DNA of 64,000 bases, from positions 3,958-67,957 of the IMG/VR virus record IMGVR_UViG_3300027813_000012. One strand, given 5' to 3'. Position numbers and translations under genes: made by a program. The notes beneath the pieces are model-generated. The model searched no databases. It worked only from the letters and a program-made list of their open reading frames with translations, and had not been told where the DNA came from. This document shows positions 8,339 through 16,719 of the stretch, piece after piece (position 1 is the first letter of the stretch; every line of letters starts with the position of its first letter). Source of the DNA: a virus (lineage: Duplodnaviria > Caudoviricetes).

Positions 8339-8509
8339 CTACTCGTCTAGCGTATTTTTATTATATAGCCTCACAGCTTCTCTAATATCTTCTATATTAT
8401 AGTCTATTAGTATTCTATATGCTTTTTTGTTTGGTGCATGAGTATGTAAAACCTCTTTATGTTCATTTTCTTCTTGCATTTCAAACCATTTTTTTACTGA
8501 ATCACTCAT
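8339..8509 (-). CDS. Hypothetical protein (56 aa)
   Basis: Manual ORF MSDSVKKWFEMQEENEH..NTLDE. Confidence 0.5.
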   Translation of the reverse strand: MSDSVKKWFEMQEENEHKEVLHTHAPNKKAYRILIDYNIEDIREAVRLYNKNTLDE

Positions 8510-8513
8510 GTTT

Positions 8514-8714
8514 TTATAATTTAAATTGTGAGGCGAGCTTACTGACGACCAATTGCATCATATAACTATGAGCGTCGTTGTAGTCAATTGTTCCTGCTAA
8601 TAAATCTATAGCATCATCGCCAGTTAATGCCCACTCACACGTTTTGTATAAGTTTTGTATTGTTTCTTCAGTAGCTTTATCTACTAATACATCAAATTCT
8701 TTTGTTTTACTCAT
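8514..8714 (-). CDS. Hypothetical protein
   Basis: ORF track. Confidence 0.55.
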   Translation of the reverse strand: MSKTKEFDVLVDKATEETIQNLYKTCEWALTGDDAIDLLAGTIDYNDAHSYMMQLVVSKLASQFKL

Positions 8715-8716
8715 AA

Positions 8717-8944
8717 TTATCTTATTCTGCCTAAATTAGTGCCATAACCTCGACGCTCGGTTAGCTTACGTATACGTTTCGCCTGTTGCTTGGTAGTTAT
8801 CTGAATGGTATTACCGGTTTTGTGGTAAGTAATACTGACACAGCCATATGGTTGAGTAGTACTACATTCGACGCAAGAGGTATAACCTAGTGCTAACCGA
8901 CCTTGAGGTATTATATTGTTACATTTACATTTTTTCATACACAT
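8717..8944 (-). CDS. DksA/TraR-like C4 zinc-finger protein
   Basis: CKCNNIIPQGRLALGYTSCVEC resembles the C..C...IP..RL.....C..C pattern. Confidence 0.55.
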   Translation of the reverse strand: MCMKKCKCNNIIPQGRLALGYTSCVECSTTQPYGCVSITYHKTGNTIQITTKQQAKRIRKLTERRGYGTNLGRIR

Positions 8945-8947
8945 ATA

Positions 8948-9391
8948 TTATCGTGCTGTATTCGTATTTATTTTGTAATTCCTTAAATAAAATTCTAACA
9001 TAAATTTAAGTCTCGCCATACCACTATATATTTTAGCTCTTGATATAGTAGTGTATTTTCTAGTTATAGTCTTGTTGTTTTCTAAAAATACGTACCTTTT
9101 CTCGCGTTTGTACGTTGGGTTTAGTTGATAATTAGAATAGCAAGAATTCTGATTTCTTACATAACCTGACTCAAAACAAGCAAGTCTTAACTTGTTTACA
9201 TCATAAGCTAGAACACCATATACTTTTCTAGGTCTTCTTGAAGGTACAGGGAATTCAAATTCTCTTGTGCCATTTTTAGCTTGACGCTGTGTTGTTACTT
9301 CTTTAATGTTATGCTCGATTAGTAATGCTCTTGCAAAAGAGTCTTCTAACATTTGTTGTTCTTGTTTCCAAGTGTATTTAATTGTACTCAT
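8948..9391 (-). CDS. Hypothetical basic protein
   Basis: ORF track. Confidence 0.6.
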   Translation of the reverse strand: MSTIKYTWKQEQQMLEDSFARALLIEHNIKEVTTQRQAKNGTREFEFPVPSRRPRKVYGVLAYDVNKLRLACFESGYVRNQNSCYSNYQLNPTYKREKRYVFLENNKTITRKYTTISRAKIYSGMARLKFMLEFYLRNYKINTNTAR

Positions 9392-9597
9392 ATTTCTTTT
9401 AATTGATTTTTAGGTGCATATTTGTTCCACTGAGTCACTATTTCGTCAGTCCAACCAGTTTTGTTTAGTTGCTTGTTAATCAAAGCTCTTTCTGATCTAC
9501 CATTTTTCCATGCTCTGTGATCGTCACTGTATTCGTAAGTGAAATCATGGTGTTGTATCATTTCTGATAACGTTAATTCATCGAAGTATTTAGGCAT
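9388..9597 (-). CDS. Hypothetical protein (HDFTYEYSDD motif)
   Basis: ORF track; coupled overlap. Confidence 0.6.
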   Translation of the reverse strand: MPKYFDELTLSEMIQHHDFTYEYSDDHRAWKNGRSERALINKQLNKTGWTDEIVTQWNKYAPKNQLKEI

Positions 9598-9730
9598 AGT
9601 AGTGATTGTTTATTTTATAGTAAGAAGAATATTCTTTTACGTATGGTATTCTAGTGACTACTTTGTCACCAAGTTTAATATTTTGAGGTTCGTCAAATAT
9701 ATTATAAGTTAATATTTTAAATGTTTTCAT
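9590..9730 (-). CDS. Hypothetical protein (46 aa)
   Basis: Manual ORF MKTFKNINLYNFDEPQ.. directly after a motif-1 copy. Confidence 0.5.
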   Translation of the reverse strand: MKTFKILTYNIFDEPQNIKLGDKVVTRIPYVKEYSSYYKINNHYYA

Positions 9731-9738
9731 AATGTTTA

Positions 9739-9773
9739 TTATATTATCGGTTAGTTGTCGTATTTTGTTTGTA
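9739..9773 (-). promoter_or_regulatory. Motif-1 copy 3
   Basis: TACAAACAAAA-TACGA-CAACTAA-CCGATAATATAA. Confidence 0.75.
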
Positions 9774-10332
9774 AAATAGCATTGATTCTAACGTATTATT
9801 GTTATATCTCAACCAATATTGTCTTTCTATAGCTTCTATCTGCTTAGAATTGATACTAAGTATCTTCTTGTGTTTAAATTTTCTCATAAGTAATATCTGT
9901 TTAGATAGTCAGTCATCGCTTGATTTATTTCTTGATTAGTCATTTTATTATACATAGCTCGCTAATAGTTTTATTAGTTCAACGTATGATAAATCACCGT
10001 CTATATACATAGTGAAGTAGTCATTATTATCATTCATTGTTTTCTATATTTAGGATTTCTTATTAATTCTTTAACTATCGCCACTTGTTCTTCTTCAGTA
10101 CACGTAGCGAAGCCGAACTCGCCGAATAGTTCCTCAGCGATTTTGTTCATGTTGTTTAAAGTACACATATTAAAATCCGTAGTGACTTGTTGCACCGTTT
10201 AAAAGGTGAGTTATTACTGATACTAGTCCCACCACAAACATTGCTGATAGTGTTCCTATCCATATTTTGACTACTGTTGATAGTAGTTGATGTGTGAATT
10301 TTCTTGTTGCTTTATTGCTCATAGTTATTTAT

Positions 10333-10554
10333 TTATTTAATTAGTATTGTTTGTAGGTTTAGTTCATCAGGATTAGTGATGGTATATTTAATATTATTCA
10401 TATCGAGTATGTATATTGTTTGTATAAAGTTACAAGTGTATTCAAAGAGTATAAATTTATAGTCTGAGTTGAATATTTCAGGTTGATCTTCTTGATCTTC
10501 CATATAATGAATTTCTTCATTTGGTAGTAGTTGTTGTAGATTTTTATAAGTCAT
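10333..10554 (-). CDS. Hypothetical early protein
   Basis: ORF track; start follows a motif-1 copy. Confidence 0.6.
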   Translation of the reverse strand: MTYKNLQQLLPNEEIHYMEDQEDQPEIFNSDYKFILFEYTCNFIQTIYILDMNNIKYTITNPDELNLQTILIK

Positions 10555-10559
10555 ATATA

Positions 10560-10593
10560 CATATTATCGACTAGTTGTCGTATTTATTTTGTT
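10560..10593 (-). promoter_or_regulatory. Motif-1 copy 4
   Basis: AACAAAATAAA-TACGA-CAACTAG-TCGATAATATG. Confidence 0.7.
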
Positions 10594-10787
10594 AGTTTAG
10601 TTATAATTTCTTCATGTAGATAATCGCTTATCTCTTCATTATACTTATCTTTACACATAGTTTCATCATATGGAAACTGTACTTTAAGAATATCTACTAT
10701 TATATTATTTACTTGGTTTAGTAAGTGAAAAGGTAGAGTATGTTTGTTGTGGAAGTAGTTACTATCTCCTTTATAAGTATGTTTCAT
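10584..10787 (-). CDS. Hypothetical early protein
   Basis: ORF track. Confidence 0.55.
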   Translation of the reverse strand: MKHTYKGDSNYFHNKHTLPFHLLNQVNNIIVDILKVQFPYDETMCKDKYNEEISDYLHEEIITKLTK

Positions 10788-11232
10788 ATTATTATTTATT
10801 AGTTGATTTGTAAAATTCTATTCTGTTTAAGACATCTTGTCTAGTTATTTCACCATCCATTTGTTTACCAATGTAGTGAGTCATATCGATTTCTTTGCCA
10901 TTAGGGCATTTTAAAGTATATATCATATTATTATTATTTAGTTTATTAGTTTAGATTTTCCATAAAGTTTTCGTATAGACTTTCAATATACACTTTATCA
11001 TTTGATTCTTCTTTGTTTAATTCATGAAGTGATAAGAATTTATTCCATTTCTCATAATTCACAAAACATTCTTTGATTAATTCTTTCATATTAGTGGAAT
11101 TCATTGTAGATTGATAGAACTTCTCTTTGTTCTGATTTAGTTAATTGGAAGACATTTTTCTCTGGAAATAGTCTGAGCGCAATTCTTATTAGTGCGGATT
11201 GATTATACATATTATTATATTTATTTTATTAG

Positions 11233-11273
11233 TTGACATAGTGAGAATCGAACTCACATAAACCATTATGTCA
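11233..11273 (-). ncRNA. 41-nt mini tRNA-like RNA (acceptor stem + T arm only)
   Basis: TGACATA-ATGGTTTAT-GTGAG-TTCGATT-CTCAC-TATGTCA-A: perfect 7-bp and 5-bp stems, canonical T loop. Confidence 0.65.
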
Positions 11274-11279
11274 TAAGTA

Positions 11280-11369
11280 TTCAACTGTATTTAGAGTGTA
11301 GAGAATACTGAACGCACACTTATGTTCAACTTTATTTATAGTGTAGAGAACTTTTAACACACACTTTTG
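11280..11369. repeat. Imperfect 45-nt tandem duplication, each unit with an AGTGT/ACACT stem
   Basis: ttcaactgtatttagagtgtagagaa..cacacttatg versus ttcaactttatttatagtgtagagaa..cacacttttg. Confidence 0.75.
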
Positions 11370-11416
11370 TTTCACTCAGTCCAGAAATCGTGGAGTGACT
11401 CACCGCTTTAATTAGT

Positions 11417-11644
11417 TTACACTAACTCTTTACCTCTTACTACTAATGGTATATTATTAGTTGCAGTGTAAGATTTGTACTTTAACCAACATGGTAAGTT
11501 AGTTAGAGTGTCTTTCATTATAGAGAAGACTTTGTCGTGATTGTACACAATTTTGTCACCTTTTTTGTTAGTGAATTCAAACGTTACATTTTTTCCGATT
11601 AGTGATTGTCTTACGACGAATCTTTTAGTTAATTGATTACTCAT
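11417..11644 (-). CDS. Hypothetical protein, first gene of leftward unit
   Basis: ORF track; downstream of motif-1 copies 5 and 6. Confidence 0.65.
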   Translation of the reverse strand: MSNQLTKRFVVRQSLIGKNVTFEFTNKKGDKIVYNHDKVFSIMKDTLTNLPCWLKYKSYTATNNIPLVVRGKELV

Positions 11645-11698
11645 AGTTATTATATTTATTTATTAATTATTTACTTATTTGTTTATTTGTAGTTACAT

Positions 11699-11733
11699 AT
11701 ATATAATCGAAGACTGTTCGTATTTGGTATGTA
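11699..11733 (-). promoter_or_regulatory. Motif-1 copy 5
   Basis: TACATACCAAA-TACGA-ACAGTCT-TCGATTATATAT. Confidence 0.75.
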
Positions 11734-11870
11734 AAAGTAGTAGATTTGTTTAGTTGTTAGTTTAAGTTAGTATGTTCTGCGCTATGTGTCACTGTGTCAT
11801 GACTATATGTCATTAGTATTATAGTATATCGTAGTGAGTTTGTCATTGTAGTATCTTGTATTGGTTACAT

Positions 11871-11905
11871 ATATATAATCGATGTGAGCTCGTATCTTCT
11901 ATGTA
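11871..11905 (-). promoter_or_regulatory. Motif-1 copy 6
   Basis: TACATAGAAGA-TACGA-GCTCACA-TCGATTATATAT. Confidence 0.75.
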
Positions 11906-11970
11906 AAACGTGAAATGTTAATAGTAAAATACGAATGAGATAGTTTAGTTATACGTTCAACATCGAGTAC

Positions 11971-12004
11971 TACTGAGGGAATACGATGGGGAATCGATAA
12001 TATG
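11971..12004 (+). promoter_or_regulatory. Motif-1 copy 7, opposite orientation (faces structural arm)
   Basis: TACTGAGGGAA-TACGA-TGGGGAA-TCGATAATATG. Confidence 0.65.
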
Positions 12005-12217
12005 GGTGGGCCCGGCGAAATGGATTCAACTTCCCAAAATGGCGGTGGTGGCTAGGGGAGGGGGGCAATGCTACCTCTAATTACATCTTATGTTTTTTAA
12101 AAAAGGGTGACATTAGGTAGTAAAGATATACTAGTAAGGGGCAAGTGTCACTATATATTATAGTAAATAAATAAAATAGCATGTGATTATTCTAGTATAC
12201 AATAAGATACATAGACT

Positions 12218-12460
12218 ATGGCAAAGCAAGTATTATCGGCAAGAGCTAAGTTAGCTAAGAAGAAAAGAGATTTAGCAGCGGCAAATACCGATAGAAGAAA
12301 AGCTATGCGTGCTGAGAACCAAAGAAGAAGAAGAGCAGCTTTAAAGGCTGGTACAGTTATAGCTGGTAAAGACTGGGATCACAAAACCCATTCATTTGTC
12401 ACTATTGCTAAAAACAGAGGATCATTCGGTAAAGGTACTAAGAACGAGAGAAACGCATAA
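12218..12460 (+). CDS. Small basic protein, possibly a degenerate HNH-like protein
   Basis: RAENQRRRRAALKAG..GKDWDHK..VTIAKNRG resembles phage ..GKDVDH..S..NR proteins. Confidence 0.45.
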   Translation: MAKQVLSARAKLAKKKRDLAAANTDRRKAMRAENQRRRRAALKAGTVIAGKDWDHKTHSFVTIAKNRGSFGKGTKNERNA

Positions 12461-12481
12461 TAACCAATCAAATAAAATTTA

Positions 12482-14053
12482 ATGGAATTCAATAACCCTA
12501 GTGAGATTGTAAAAGATCTCTATTTTGGCAGCGATGCTAAACAAAAAATAATAAAAGGAGTTGAGAAGCTAGCGAGAGCAGTTAAATCAACCCTAGGAGC
12601 TTCAGGTAAGTGTGTCATCTATGAAGATGGTCTTGGGAAACCAGTGATCACAAAGGATGGGGTAACAGTAGCAGACAGTGTAGTTTTGCTAGACCCAGTG
12701 GAAAACATAGGTGCTACATTGATTAAAGAAGCATCGAAAAATACAGTGAGAGAAGCAGGTGATGGTACAACTACAGCTATCGTACTTGCTGAAGCATTAT
12801 TAAAAGAAGTCAATAACCCAGAGTATTCCAACGAGAGTATAAGAGATATAAAGAACGGAATTGAATCAGGTTATAAAAAGGTTGTGGAATACCTCTCTAA
12901 ACATTCCAAGGCAGTTGCTGGTGATCAGCTCAGTTCAGTTTCAGCTATTAGCTGTAACAACGATAAAGAACTTGGGGATATTATCGCAAAAGCTTATGAA
13001 AAAGTAGGAAAAGATGGTGTCGTCTTAATGGACGAAAGTGAAACGGATGAAACATTTACAGAGATAGTAGATGGCGTACAATTTGATAGTGGCCTAATGT
13101 CACAGCATTTTGCTACAAATAAAGATAAACAAATATGCGAACTAGAAAATCCATATGTTTTATTGGTTTCCTCACCTATACCTAATATACGTAAGATACA
13201 AAGTATATTAGAACATGTTATAAAAACCCGTAGACCTTTACTTATTATAGCTGAAGTAGAACAACAAGTAAAGTCGGCGCTTTTAATGAATAAAGTTAAG
13301 GGTAATATAAACGTTAACATTATAGATCCTCCAGGATTTGGCGGAAGTAAAGATGATACAATAGAAGATTTAGCATTTTTAACCGGTGCTAAAGTAATTA
13401 ATGAAGAGCTAGGAGACGATTTAGATCTGATCCAGCCGGATTGTTTAGGTGAAGTAGTGAAATCTGTCACAAGTAGCAGAACTACAGTCCTTACAACCGG
13501 TGTTGAAGCTGAAGATCTAAAAGAAAGAATTCTAGACGTTAAGAAGAAGATTAAGAAAGAGAAGGTTCCTTATTTTAAGAGAAGATTACAAGACAGATTA
13601 GCCATGTTATCCGGCTCTGTTGGTATAATTCACGTAGGAGCTGATTCTAAGGTTGAATTAAAGGAAAAGAAAGATAGGGTCGAAGATGCTATCTACGCAG
13701 TTAAGGCTGCTTTGCAAGAAGGTATTGTACCAGGCGGTGGAGTTGCCCTTTTAAATGCTGCTTCTTTACAAACTGCTGATAATATCGGTCAAAAGATCCT
13801 GTTTAAGGCGCTTTCGTCACCATATGAAACAATTCTAGACAATGCTGGGTTGCAAAACGTAGTATTACACGAAGGAATAGGTTATGGTATTGACGTAACC
13901 ACTGGAAAAGAGGTTGATATGATAAAAACTGGTATAATTGACCCAGTACTAGTAACAAAGACAGCGCTAAAGAATGCAGTTAGCGTCGTGTCTACTATAA
14001 TTTCTGCAGATTGTGTAATCTCTAACATAAGAATTCCACATGCAAGCAGTTAA
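12482..14053 (+). CDS. groEL: Chaperonin GroEL (phage-encoded)
   Basis: VKSTLGASG, ITKDGVTVA, AGDGTTTA, GIVPGGGVAL, GIIDPVLVTKTALKNAVSV; no GGM tail. Confidence 0.97.
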   Translation: MEFNNPSEIVKDLYFGSDAKQKIIKGVEKLARAVKSTLGASGKCVIYEDGLGKPVITKDGVTVADSVVLLDPVENIGATLIKEASKNTVREAGDGTTTAIVLAEALLKEVNNPEYSNESIRDIKNGIESGYKKVVEYLSKHSKAVAGDQLSSVSAISCNNDKELGDIIAKAYEKVGKDGVVLMDESETDETFTEIVDGVQFDSGLMSQHFATNKDKQICELENPYVLLVSSPIPNIRKIQSILEHVIKTRRPLLIIAEVEQQVKSALLMNKVKGNINVNIIDPPGFGGSKDDTIEDLAFLTGAKVINEELGDDLDLIQPDCLGEVVKSVTSSRTTVLTTGVEAEDLKERILDVKKKIKKEKVPYFKRRLQDRLAMLSGSVGIIHVGADSKVELKEKKDRVEDAIYAVKAALQEGIVPGGGVALLNAASLQTADNIGQKILFKALSSPYETILDNAGLQNVVLHEGIGYGIDVTTGKEVDMIKTGIIDPVLVTKTALKNAVSVVSTIISADCVISNIRIPHASS

Positions 14054-14297
14054 TTATTACTTAGTGGTCGAAAAGATCAAAGAAGAACCTAGAACCGTCG
14101 GAGGGTTGATCCTAACAGAGAAACTTGACGAAGAAAATAGGTATATAAAAGCAACGGTCATATCTAAAGGTAATTTAGTAGAAGGTATAGATGACAAAAG
14201 CATCGTATACTACGATAAACACGCTGGACACGGTGTTCGGTGGAAAGAAAAACTTTTACAAGTTATAAAGATACAGGATGTAGTTTTAGTAGAATGA
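14040..14297 (+). CDS. groES: Co-chaperonin GroES
   Basis: RTVGGLIL mobile loop, ATVISKGNLV, YDKHAG; follows groEL. Confidence 0.85.
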   Translation: MQAVNYYLVVEKIKEEPRTVGGLILTEKLDEENRYIKATVISKGNLVEGIDDKSIVYYDKHAGHGVRWKEKLLQVIKIQDVVLVE

Positions 14298-14734
14298 AAC
14301 TAACCCCTGGTGATTTAAGAGAAATAGGATTATTTAAGTATTACAGGCTCGTTAGGAAATGGGCCTGTAAAACTTATGGGCTAAATGATGCAGATTTAGA
14401 ACTTTTAGTCTATTTAGATTGCAAATCACGATTTACACGTAATAGCTTTATAGATGGCTCTTACACTTACAGCTGGGATAAAACCCGCTGGGAACGACTC
14501 AGGAAAAAAGGCTGGATCGAGGTATGGAGACACAGAAACCGCACTACAATCAAATATAGTATATACAAAACATCATTTAAATGTTCTCAACTCATATCAC
14601 GTATATACAGAATCCTATTAGGGGAGGAAGATATTCCCACATCAGAAAGAAACATATTTTTTAACAATAAGTCATATACAGATAAAGTTTACAATAAAGC
14701 TATAGATGACATGATCAAAGACAAAAACAGGTAA
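14294..14734 (+). CDS. Winged-helix DNA-binding protein
   Basis: Start ATGA-coupled to groES; LNDADLELLVYL..WERLRKKGWIEVW. Confidence 0.55.
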   Translation: MKLTPGDLREIGLFKYYRLVRKWACKTYGLNDADLELLVYLDCKSRFTRNSFIDGSYTYSWDKTRWERLRKKGWIEVWRHRNRTTIKYSIYKTSFKCSQLISRIYRILLGEEDIPTSERNIFFNNKSYTDKVYNKAIDDMIKDKNR

Positions 14735-14736
14735 CC

Positions 14737-15063
14737 ATGGGAAAACCAGGAAAAGCAGCTAGTAATATATTCCAAACAGAAGGAATAAAAAATTCACCAG
14801 AAAAAGGTAGGTATTCAGATCCTCAAATAGAAGGACTAGGATCACCATATGCTCAAACTGGAGAAGTTACTCCAAAAAATGCATTTCAAAGAAACGCTGT
14901 AAAAAGTGAAGGTGAAGGTATTTTTAGTAAGATTACTGATGCATTTAAAAGAAACGCTTTAAAAGGAGATGGTAAAACTCACGAAGAAGCTGAAAAAGAA
15001 GTAAACCCACCCTCTTCAAACAAACAATGTGGATGTGGGAAAAAGAAGTGTAACTGTGGGTAA
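14737..15063 (+). CDS. Hypothetical protein with Cys-rich C-terminus
   Basis: ORF track; ends CGCGKKKCNCG. Confidence 0.55.
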   Translation: MGKPGKAASNIFQTEGIKNSPEKGRYSDPQIEGLGSPYAQTGEVTPKNAFQRNAVKSEGEGIFSKITDAFKRNALKGDGKTHEEAEKEVNPPSSNKQCGCGKKKCNCG

Positions 15064-15994
15064 CATTATAAATAGAGTAAAAGCTAGGACACAAGGTGGG
15101 GTATTTCCACCTAATCAAGAAGTAACTATGAATGCTGATGGTAGTGGTGGACCTGTATCTTTTAATAAACAAGTAGGTCCTCCTCCTCAAGTTTCTATGA
15201 CAACTGGTGTTAATATAGGTAAGAAAATCTATGATAACTACGATAAAATTTCAGATTACGGTCACATGGCACTAGATGGTTTAGGTATGATACCAGCTGT
15301 TGGTGTTATAGCTGATGGTATAAATGCAGCTTGGTACAGCGGAGAAGCTGCTACTGGATTGGGCCCTAATTCTAGTGCAGATTCTGCTATGTATGCAGGA
15401 ATATCTGCAGCAGCAATGGTACCAGGTATAGGAATGGGTGCTACAGCTGCTAAATATGGTACAAAAGGATTCAAAGCATTAAAGCCAAACAATCTAAAGA
15501 AAAACCTATTAATGGATGTTGGTGATATTGTTAAAAATAAAAGTTTAAAAGGATTTAAACCTAATAAAACAGATATTCTCTTTGGTGGCGCAGGTGTAGT
15601 AACGAGTGGTATGGATATTGCAAACACAGACTACGACAAACCTAAGGTACAAGAAGATGTATCTAAACTAGATGACTCGCCAAAAGCTGTATTAGAAAGT
15701 GAACGTAAAGGTGATGAAGCTATAAATGATCCTATGAGCTCTGGTAAAACAAAGTCATGGTCAAAAGGTTATAGTGATTATAAAACAGGTGGAGGTAAAG
15801 GATCTTTATCTGATTTCAAAAATGAAGCTAATGACTGGTGGAGCAGTGCTGCTGGTCAAAAACATGCTAAGGATAAAAATATAAAACATAGAATATCAAG
15901 TCCGAGTAAACAAAGATTTATAGGTGGTGTTGCATCATCTGGTCGATCTAATAGCAAGTCTTTTAATAAACCACCATTTAACGGAAAATATTAA
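15029..15994 (+). CDS. Protein with pre-toxin TG-like motif
   Basis: LDGLGMIPAVGVIADGINAAWY..E..AAAMVPGIG..KYGTK. Confidence 0.6.
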   Translation: MDVGKRSVTVGNIINRVKARTQGGVFPPNQEVTMNADGSGGPVSFNKQVGPPPQVSMTTGVNIGKKIYDNYDKISDYGHMALDGLGMIPAVGVIADGINAAWYSGEAATGLGPNSSADSAMYAGISAAAMVPGIGMGATAAKYGTKGFKALKPNNLKKNLLMDVGDIVKNKSLKGFKPNKTDILFGGAGVVTSGMDIANTDYDKPKVQEDVSKLDDSPKAVLESERKGDEAINDPMSSGKTKSWSKGYSDYKTGGGKGSLSDFKNEANDWWSSAAGQKHAKDKNIKHRISSPSKQRFIGGVASSGRSNSKSFNKPPFNGKY

Positions 15995-16428
15995 TGAGCT
16001 TTAAAATGAAACAAAAAGGGGAATTATTTGGCATAAGACAATTTGTCAATGGTAATATCCCTGTTTTTAATAAACCCCTAGAAGACGGCGTTGTTGCTGA
16101 AGCAAATAGGGACAATACTATATTTGTAAATGAAAATGCACCAGATTCATTATTAAGTAAAAATCTTACTCTTGAAGAAGAAACTGAGCATCTACTACAA
16201 ATGAAAAGAGGGAATCAATATACTAAAACTCATATCATTGAAAACACACCAAGTGAGTTTAATGTGTTTAAAAGAGAGGGTAATATGATGATACCTATAA
16301 CTAAATCAGCTGGAACCAAACCAATGCAAGAGGGAGATCCTAACGCATCTTGGGAGGTAGAAGCAAAGGCTAACGCTAAAAACAATAAGAACAATGTACA
16401 AGACATGGTTTCAAAGACAGAAAGCTAG
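15994..16428 (+). CDS. Zincin-like protein with degenerate HExxH
   Basis: GVVAEANRDNTIFVN..EEETEHLLQMKRG..EGDPNASWEVEA. Confidence 0.45.
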   Translation: MSFKMKQKGELFGIRQFVNGNIPVFNKPLEDGVVAEANRDNTIFVNENAPDSLLSKNLTLEEETEHLLQMKRGNQYTKTHIIENTPSEFNVFKREGNMMIPITKSAGTKPMQEGDPNASWEVEAKANAKNNKNNVQDMVSKTES

Positions 16429-16717
16429 TTCACCCTTTAAAGCGTCGGCTATGCTAATACATAATGCCGGTAAAATGGGTTCAGGTGTTCCTATAGCTGA
16501 TTCAGCTATTGACATGAAACCTAAGTCTCAGCAAAAAACTGAAATAAACAAACCACCTAATCCTTCAGCTGGAGAAGAGGGTGAGAATACAGACGTTGCT
16601 AGTTTACAAGCTTTAGAAGCTCAACTTGCAGCAGCTCCAGAAGAGAAAAAACAAGAAATCCAAGACCAAATAACCGAACTAAAGACTAGAATGGCAATTA
16701 AAAATTTAGAAAAATAA
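16394..16717 (+). CDS. Hypothetical protein
   Basis: ORF track; C-terminal coiled-coil pattern. Confidence 0.5.
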   Translation: MYKTWFQRQKASSPFKASAMLIHNAGKMGSGVPIADSAIDMKPKSQQKTEINKPPNPSAGEEGENTDVASLQALEAQLAAAPEEKKQEIQDQITELKTRMAIKNLEK

Positions 16718-16719
16718 TT

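Noticed and set aside
11280-11369. Possible CRISPR mini-array (26-nt repeat, 19-nt spacers; faint Cas12a-like AGTGTAGA)
   Set aside because: The two 'spacers' resemble each other, there are only two units, and no cas genes are present; treated as a tandem duplication
12144-12156. GTGTCACTATA resembling an SP6-type promoter
   Set aside because: Partial match, single copy, and no single-subunit RNA polymerase in the window
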